Source of the DNA: Acaryochloris thomasi RCC1774
Lineage (GTDB): Bacteria; Cyanobacteriota; Cyanobacteriia; Thermosynechococcales; Thermosynechococcaceae
Length of the DNA stretch: 16,218 nucleotides
Direction of reading: 5' to 3'
Assembly (NCBI RefSeq): GCF_003231495.1
Contig: NZ_PQWO01000046.1
Coordinates: 1 to 16,218, forward strand
The position numbers and the translations under genes were made by a program. Positions 12,113 through 16,218 of this stretch are shown one piece after another. The notes beneath the pieces are model-generated. The model was not told where the DNA came from and searched no databases. It saw only the letters and a list, made by a program, of their open reading frames with translations. How positions within the stretch are numbered: the stretch's first letter is position 1; each line of letters opens with the position of its first letter.

Positions 12113-13522
12113 ATGTTCAGCAAAAATATACCGGCTCTAGTTGTCGCTGGAGCTGCAACCAGCATCGCTTTATCGGCAGCATTACCGGCGCAGGCCACTC
12201 AGCGGTTAACCCTATCGCAAGCAGCAGAGAAGGCGAAAGTTCATCTCAACCCTAGTGAAGGGGTGTACATTCAGCTCCCGGCTTCTATGCCGATTTACAC
12301 CTACTCCATTGACGATGGCTCTGTACTAACCCTTGGCGATAAATTCAGCCCTGGCATGAACATCCTGCGGATTGTGGGTCAGAACCCTGGAAAGACAGGC
12401 ATGGGTTTGGTGGTTCAGGGCAGCTCTGGGTACCAGACGCTCAACTTCTCGGTGCATGTCGGCAAGAAGGGCAGTCAAGGGACCATTCAAATCACTGAGG
12501 ATGCCCCTCAAGTTGAAGCGGAGTCGGCTCGAAAAGCGACTGATGCTGCCCTGCAAACGTCGAACTATCCGTCAGATTTGGTGCGGAGTGGCTTGAGCCT
12601 TGCCAATATTCAAGGTCAGATACCGGCAGGTTCTCCCCTCGATATTGCCGTCAACCAATGGATTGATGCTGTTGAGCAGGGTGCCAGTGAAGGTGATGCT
12701 TCTCGTCAAACCGGCGTTCAGTCCAACGTGCTGCAAAAGCTGACTGATTTGGGGCAGACGACCCCTATCGCCCAGGCCCCGACCCCTGAAGCTGCACCAC
12801 CTGAGACTGCTGCTACTCCTGTTGCGGAAGCACCACCTGAGGCCACCGTCACTCCCGTTTCAGAAGTTGCTAAAACACCTGCTCTTGAGCTGGATGAGAA
12901 GCTGAAGGCTGTCAGGGAGCGGATAGCAGCTCTAGAAGAGCAGGTTGAGTCGAACACCAATGAGTTATCGGAGCAGGAGCAGATTCTGGCCCAGGTAGAA
13001 GCGCAGCAGCAAACCTTTCTGGCCCGGTTTGATGACATCGATGCCCAGAGCAAACAATTCTTAGCTGAGCTAGGGGATATCAAAGAGACTGATATTGCGT
13101 CTGTGGAATCTCCTCAACCTCAGGTCGATCAGGAGGTCGCCGCCGCTCCGGAGCCACAGCCTCAGACAGTTACAGAGACTGAAGCGACACCTGAGAGTGG
13201 TGCTGAAACACAAACCACTGTAGTGATCACACCTGAGGAGCAACCCCCTCAAGCCATTGAGGATTCAGTAGAGGTAAAAGATTCCTTAGGGGAGTTGACA
13301 CCCATCGAGCTAGCCCACGCCATCAAACAAGGTTTGCACCAGAATACTGAGGACTATCCCTACCGCTCTTGGAAGTATCGGCAGGTCAATAACGCGGTCC
13401 TGATTCTCAAGCGAGGAAATTCGATTGAGACTGCCTCCAAGTGGTCGGGGATTGAACTGAAGGCTCTGAGAAAACTGGCCGGTGTAATGCCCCTTCAAGT
13501 GAGTCAGGGGGTTGTCCAATGA
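12113..13522 (+). CDS. Secreted multidomain protein: N-terminal beta-rich domain (possibly VirB9/TrbG-like), P/E/A/T repeats, coiled coil, C-terminal globular domain
   Basis: GAGG lies 8 nt upstream of the ATG. Signal peptide is MFSKNIPALVVAGAATSIALSAALPAQA. The N-terminal domain (YIQLPASMPIYTYSIDDGSVLTL...NILRIVGQNPGKTGMGLVVQGSSGYQTLNFSVHV) loosely resembles the VirB9 N-terminal pattern. The position next to the VirB10-like gene fits. Confidence 0.6.
   Translation: MFSKNIPALVVAGAATSIALSAALPAQATQRLTLSQAAEKAKVHLNPSEGVYIQLPASMPIYTYSIDDGSVLTLGDKFSPGMNILRIVGQNPGKTGMGLVVQGSSGYQTLNFSVHVGKKGSQGTIQITEDAPQVEAESARKATDAALQTSNYPSDLVRSGLSLANIQGQIPAGSPLDIAVNQWIDAVEQGASEGDASRQTGVQSNVLQKLTDLGQTTPIAQAPTPEAAPPETAATPVAEAPPEATVTPVSEVAKTPALELDEKLKAVRERIAALEEQVESNTNELSEQEQILAQVEAQQQTFLARFDDIDAQSKQFLAELGDIKETDIASVESPQPQVDQEVAAAPEPQPQTVTETEATPESGAETQTTVVITPEEQPPQAIEDSVEVKDSLGELTPIELAHAIKQGLHQNTEDYPYRSWKYRQVNNAVLILKRGNSIETASKWSGIELKALRKLAGVMPLQVSQGVVQ
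12794..12865 (+). repeat. In-frame tandem duplication, 2 x 36 bp, encoding APPETAATPVAE / APPEATVTPVSE
   Basis: GCACCACCTGAG recurs at 12794 and 12830 (period 36 bp). 8 of 12 residues are identical between the two units. Confidence 0.6.
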
Positions 13523-15222
13523 ACCGATTAGCAGCTACTTCATTAGGAGTGATAACGCTTGCGCTGACGACCCTTCAGGCCAGCGCGATTGTAGACCCCT
13601 TCGAGAGGCCAACGTTAGACAATCTCTCGTTCGGCCAGCTACCGGCCACCGATACCAATGGTGCAATCGAGATCCCTGGTGGTCCCACTGTCCACTGGGA
13701 GCGGGGTGAATCTCCTGCTGACTACCTGCCGCTGGGTGTGATCATGGATAGCCTGGGGGCAGGAGATCTGACGCTCAATGAGATTGGTGATGCCATCGGG
13801 ATTAGTCCCGGCGATTACACCCTGGATGATTTTTTCCCAGTCAAATGGCAAACCCTTCAGCATTTAGTCGATGCGGTTCCCGAACTGCCGAACTATCGAG
13901 TTGCCGATGTAAAGCCGATATTTGATGCATTGGGCGGTCAATATGCCGATTCTCTGATCGTCAATTTACCGACTGAAGCCCTCTCCCAGACCCTCGATGT
14001 TGACAAGCTGGTGGATTACTCAATCCACGATATCCCCAACCTAGCCAATACGCCCCTTGATCACTTTGACCGTGCGGGATGGTCAGAGATCTATGGGATT
14101 CCCGGCTTAGAGGATCTGCCGCTGAGCAATTACCCCACTGCTCTCAAGCAGCCGTTCTGGGCAAAAGTGGATATTGTCTACGGCGATAAGGAATCGACGC
14201 GTAGAGACACCATTACCGGGTCTGTTCAGGAGAATAGCTGGTCGGTCCCTTGCGAGAAGCCCTGTGCCTACCTAGAGATGACCAATGCTCACACCACCAG
14301 CGGTAACTTGAGCAAGTTTGGCTATCACGGTAAGCATTATATTGCCGGTGACTTCCAGAAGGTTAAAGGGGGCTGGGCCGGTCAAGAGAGCAACTGGGTG
14401 GGCGGCTACGAACCGACCGGCCAGCTTCCCTTCGGTGATTTTGCCAAGGTCTCTGCCTCAGACTTGACCGAACAGAAGGGTAAAGGCCAGTTGCGGCTGA
14501 ACTACCGATATTGTGAGCGGAGCTTTGGGGTGACGAAAGCCTGTACCCCTTATGGCGTTACAGGTGGGATCTTGTCTACTCCCTTTCTGCCATTCAAAGA
14601 GACCGGGATTATTCCCGTGATGGCCCTGACGGGGGCACCCGCGAACAACGGCAGTCCATCGAAGGAGGACACAGCCGACGTTGATAAAACGGATCCGCGT
14701 AAAGCAGAAGGGGGAGCCAGTAGCCCGATCAGTGGCATTAATCCGCCGAAGCTTGGCTCGTCTGAGCAGGGGCAGTCGAGTACGCAGCCGTCCCCTGCCG
14801 AGGAAGAGGAGTGTGAAGGACCGCCTCTACGTCCTGGTGCGGGTTATCGGATTACGAGCGGTTATGGCCCTCGCCCTCGCCCCTGCCCTACCTGCTCTAG
14901 TTTCCATAAGGGAGTAGATATTGGAACCCCTATGGGTACTCCACTTCAAGCTGCACAAACAGGCACAATTGTCGAAACTAGGGTTGCTCAATTTAATGGA
15001 CTTTTTGTGAAGATCAAAGCCTGTGATGGCTGGACATACTCCTATCTTCACCTAAGCGAAGTTTGGTTGAAGGAGGGGCAGAAGGTAGAGAAAGGGGAAA
15101 GTATTGCCAAAAGTGGAGGTGTTGGACCTTTAGCAGGATCTTCCACTGGTCCTCATCTTCACGTCAGTACACTGAACCCAAGTGGCACTGCAGTAGATCC
15201 CAATGGCTACATCAATTTCTGA
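13519..15222 (+). CDS. Secreted protein with an unknown N-terminal domain of about 440 aa and a C-terminal M23 (LytM-type) metallopeptidase domain; candidate peptidoglycan hydrolase of the secretion apparatus
   Basis: ATGA start/stop overlap with the upstream gene. Signal peptide is MNRLAATSLGVITLALTTLQASA. The M23 domain lies at about 14842-15219, with GYRITSGYGPR, the HxxxD motif (HKGVD, H codon at 14905-14907) and the HxH motif (HLH at 15154-15162). Confidence 0.85.
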   Translation: MNRLAATSLGVITLALTTLQASAIVDPFERPTLDNLSFGQLPATDTNGAIEIPGGPTVHWERGESPADYLPLGVIMDSLGAGDLTLNEIGDAIGISPGDYTLDDFFPVKWQTLQHLVDAVPELPNYRVADVKPIFDALGGQYADSLIVNLPTEALSQTLDVDKLVDYSIHDIPNLANTPLDHFDRAGWSEIYGIPGLEDLPLSNYPTALKQPFWAKVDIVYGDKESTRRDTITGSVQENSWSVPCEKPCAYLEMTNAHTTSGNLSKFGYHGKHYIAGDFQKVKGGWAGQESNWVGGYEPTGQLPFGDFAKVSASDLTEQKGKGQLRLNYRYCERSFGVTKACTPYGVTGGILSTPFLPFKETGIIPVMALTGAPANNGSPSKEDTADVDKTDPRKAEGGASSPISGINPPKLGSSEQGQSSTQPSPAEEEECEGPPLRPGAGYRITSGYGPRPRPCPTCSSFHKGVDIGTPMGTPLQAAQTGTIVETRVAQFNGLFVKIKACDGWTYSYLHLSEVWLKEGQKVEKGESIAKSGGVGPLAGSSTGPHLHVSTLNPSGTAVDPNGYINF

Positions 15223-15231
15223 GGATTATCT

Positions 15232-15861
15232 ATGAAAATGAAACGTGCTGGAATTCTTCTTCTTCTGCTCGCTATTTCCATCGCAATGGTGAGAGTGCTT
15301 GTCGGTACCAGCACTCCAGCGAGTTCTAGTAGCAACAATCGCCCTGAGATTCCGGTAGATAAAGACTGTAGGGCCGAAGGTTGGACACACACACTAATTG
15401 GGGAGTCATCGGAAGCAGGCGTTCGTTATCAACTGGTTGATAGCCAAGATCCCGATGGCTACTATCACCTGAATGTCGTTCAAGTCGATAATGCCGGATG
15501 CAAGGCTCTCACCTATCCAGGGGATGATCATCCCATTCTTGGTAATCATGTTCCTTACGCAGTTGCTGTAGATCTTGCAAAAGCAAGTTGGTCTAGGGAT
15601 ATGGAAACTATGGGCGGCAAACAACAAATGGAGCAGCGCTTAGCTTCAACAACAGTTTCCCTAGATCTTGGTGACAACATTGATCTCTATTCCTGGGATT
15701 TAGCAGCCTTGGATCAGCTTGGGGTTAACTATCCCGATTATGTAAAACCTCTGGATGAATTTGCCAGCCGTTCCGAAGCCCAAGAATACTATGAGCCGAT
15801 TTATACAAAGCAATGGCAAAAGGAAAATAATTACGACAATCGTTTTCATGGAGCAGACTAA
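15232..15861 (+). CDS. Exported or membrane-anchored hypothetical protein (209 aa)
   Basis: GAGGA overlaps the upstream stop and lies 6 nt before the ATG. The N-terminal signal/anchor is MKMKRAGILLLLLAISIAMVRVLVG. No recognised domain. Confidence 0.6.
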   Translation: MKMKRAGILLLLLAISIAMVRVLVGTSTPASSSSNNRPEIPVDKDCRAEGWTHTLIGESSEAGVRYQLVDSQDPDGYYHLNVVQVDNAGCKALTYPGDDHPILGNHVPYAVAVDLAKASWSRDMETMGGKQQMEQRLASTTVSLDLGDNIDLYSWDLAALDQLGVNYPDYVKPLDEFASRSEAQEYYEPIYTKQWQKENNYDNRFHGAD

Positions 15862-16218
15862 TGCCTAGCCAAAGCCCAAGAGTAGATACGACATCCGCAC
15901 GATCGGCAGAATCCGAAACGCGACAGACGACTGAAAAGACCGCAACGCTGCTGTTGCTATTGCTCAAGCAGTGGAAGCATCACGCGCCTCCCGACATCCA
16001 GGCAAAGATCGGCCCCAACCCTGAAGTGTCAGTGCGGGTGGGTGAAGAAGTCTATAAGGGTTTGGCTGACAGCCCCGCGATACGAGCCATTCCCAAAGAT
16101 GATTTAGACTACCTGAAAATTGCCACCGGCATGGCTCAGGGATATTCCCATGCCGACCTGACGCGAGATGTGGAGATCAAGGTAGGGGGTCGCAAAGTCT
16201 TCGAGGTGGCCGGTGGTA
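15861..16218 (+). CDS. 5' part of a further plus-strand gene that runs off the window (not in the supplied ORF track)
   Basis: My own translation from ATG 15861 (TAATG overlap with the previous stop) reads MPSQSPRVDTTSARSAESETRQTTEKTATLLLLLLKQWKHHAPPDIQAKIGPNPEVSVRVGEEVYKGLADSPAIRAIPKDDLDYLKIATGMAQGYSHADLTRDVEIKVGGRKVFEVAGG. There is no stop before the window end. Confidence 0.5.
   Translation, partial: MPSQSPRVDTTSARSAESETRQTTEKTATLLLLLLKQWKHHAPPDIQAKIGPNPEVSVRVGEEVYKGLADSPAIRAIPKDDLDYLKIATGMAQGYSHADLTRDVEIKVGGRKVFEVAGG

Noticed and set aside
14550-15392. Small ORFs overlapping the M23 domain and the next gene (14550-14738-, 14681-14917+, 14827-15051-, 15063-15329+, 15207-15392-)
   Set aside because: They lie inside or across genes with clear motif and signal-peptide support. 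They lack start context and their composition is R-rich, as expected of alternate frames.
1-16218. Searched for integrase, transposase, IS ends, relaxase, coupling protein, VirB11, tRNA/rRNA, toxin-antitoxin pairs and known defence-system signatures
   Set aside because: I recognised none in any frame. Their absence from this window says nothing about the flanking sequence.

Overview
The window is almost entirely coding. It is dominated by a tightly packed plus-strand cluster, with many overlapping start/stop codons, that reads as a highly divergent Trb/VirB-like type IV secretion (conjugative mating-pair-formation) system. In order it encodes: two pilin-like paralogues flanking an ECF-like sigma-70 factor, a VirB3-like protein, a clear VirB4-family ATPase, a secreted helical protein, a polytopic VirB6/TrbL-like protein, a bitopic VirB8-like protein, a VirB10/TrbI-like protein with a long proline-rich spacer, a secreted repeat/coiled-coil protein, and a large secreted protein ending in an M23 (LytM) peptidase domain. 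The host background is probably cyanobacterial, given five exact HIP1 octamers (GCGATCGC) and a DUF29 gene. Four accessory genes, two of them antisense, interrupt the cluster at about 7.6-9.8 kb. A sharply AT-rich segment with distinct codon usage lies at about 6.17-8.2 kb. I saw no rRNA, tRNA, CRISPR array, transposase, integrase, relaxase or coupling protein. Only the VirB4, sigma factor, M23, TPR, DUF29 and VirB10-like calls rest on recognisable sequence motifs. The other T4SS assignments rest on protein architecture and gene order and need profile or structure searches.
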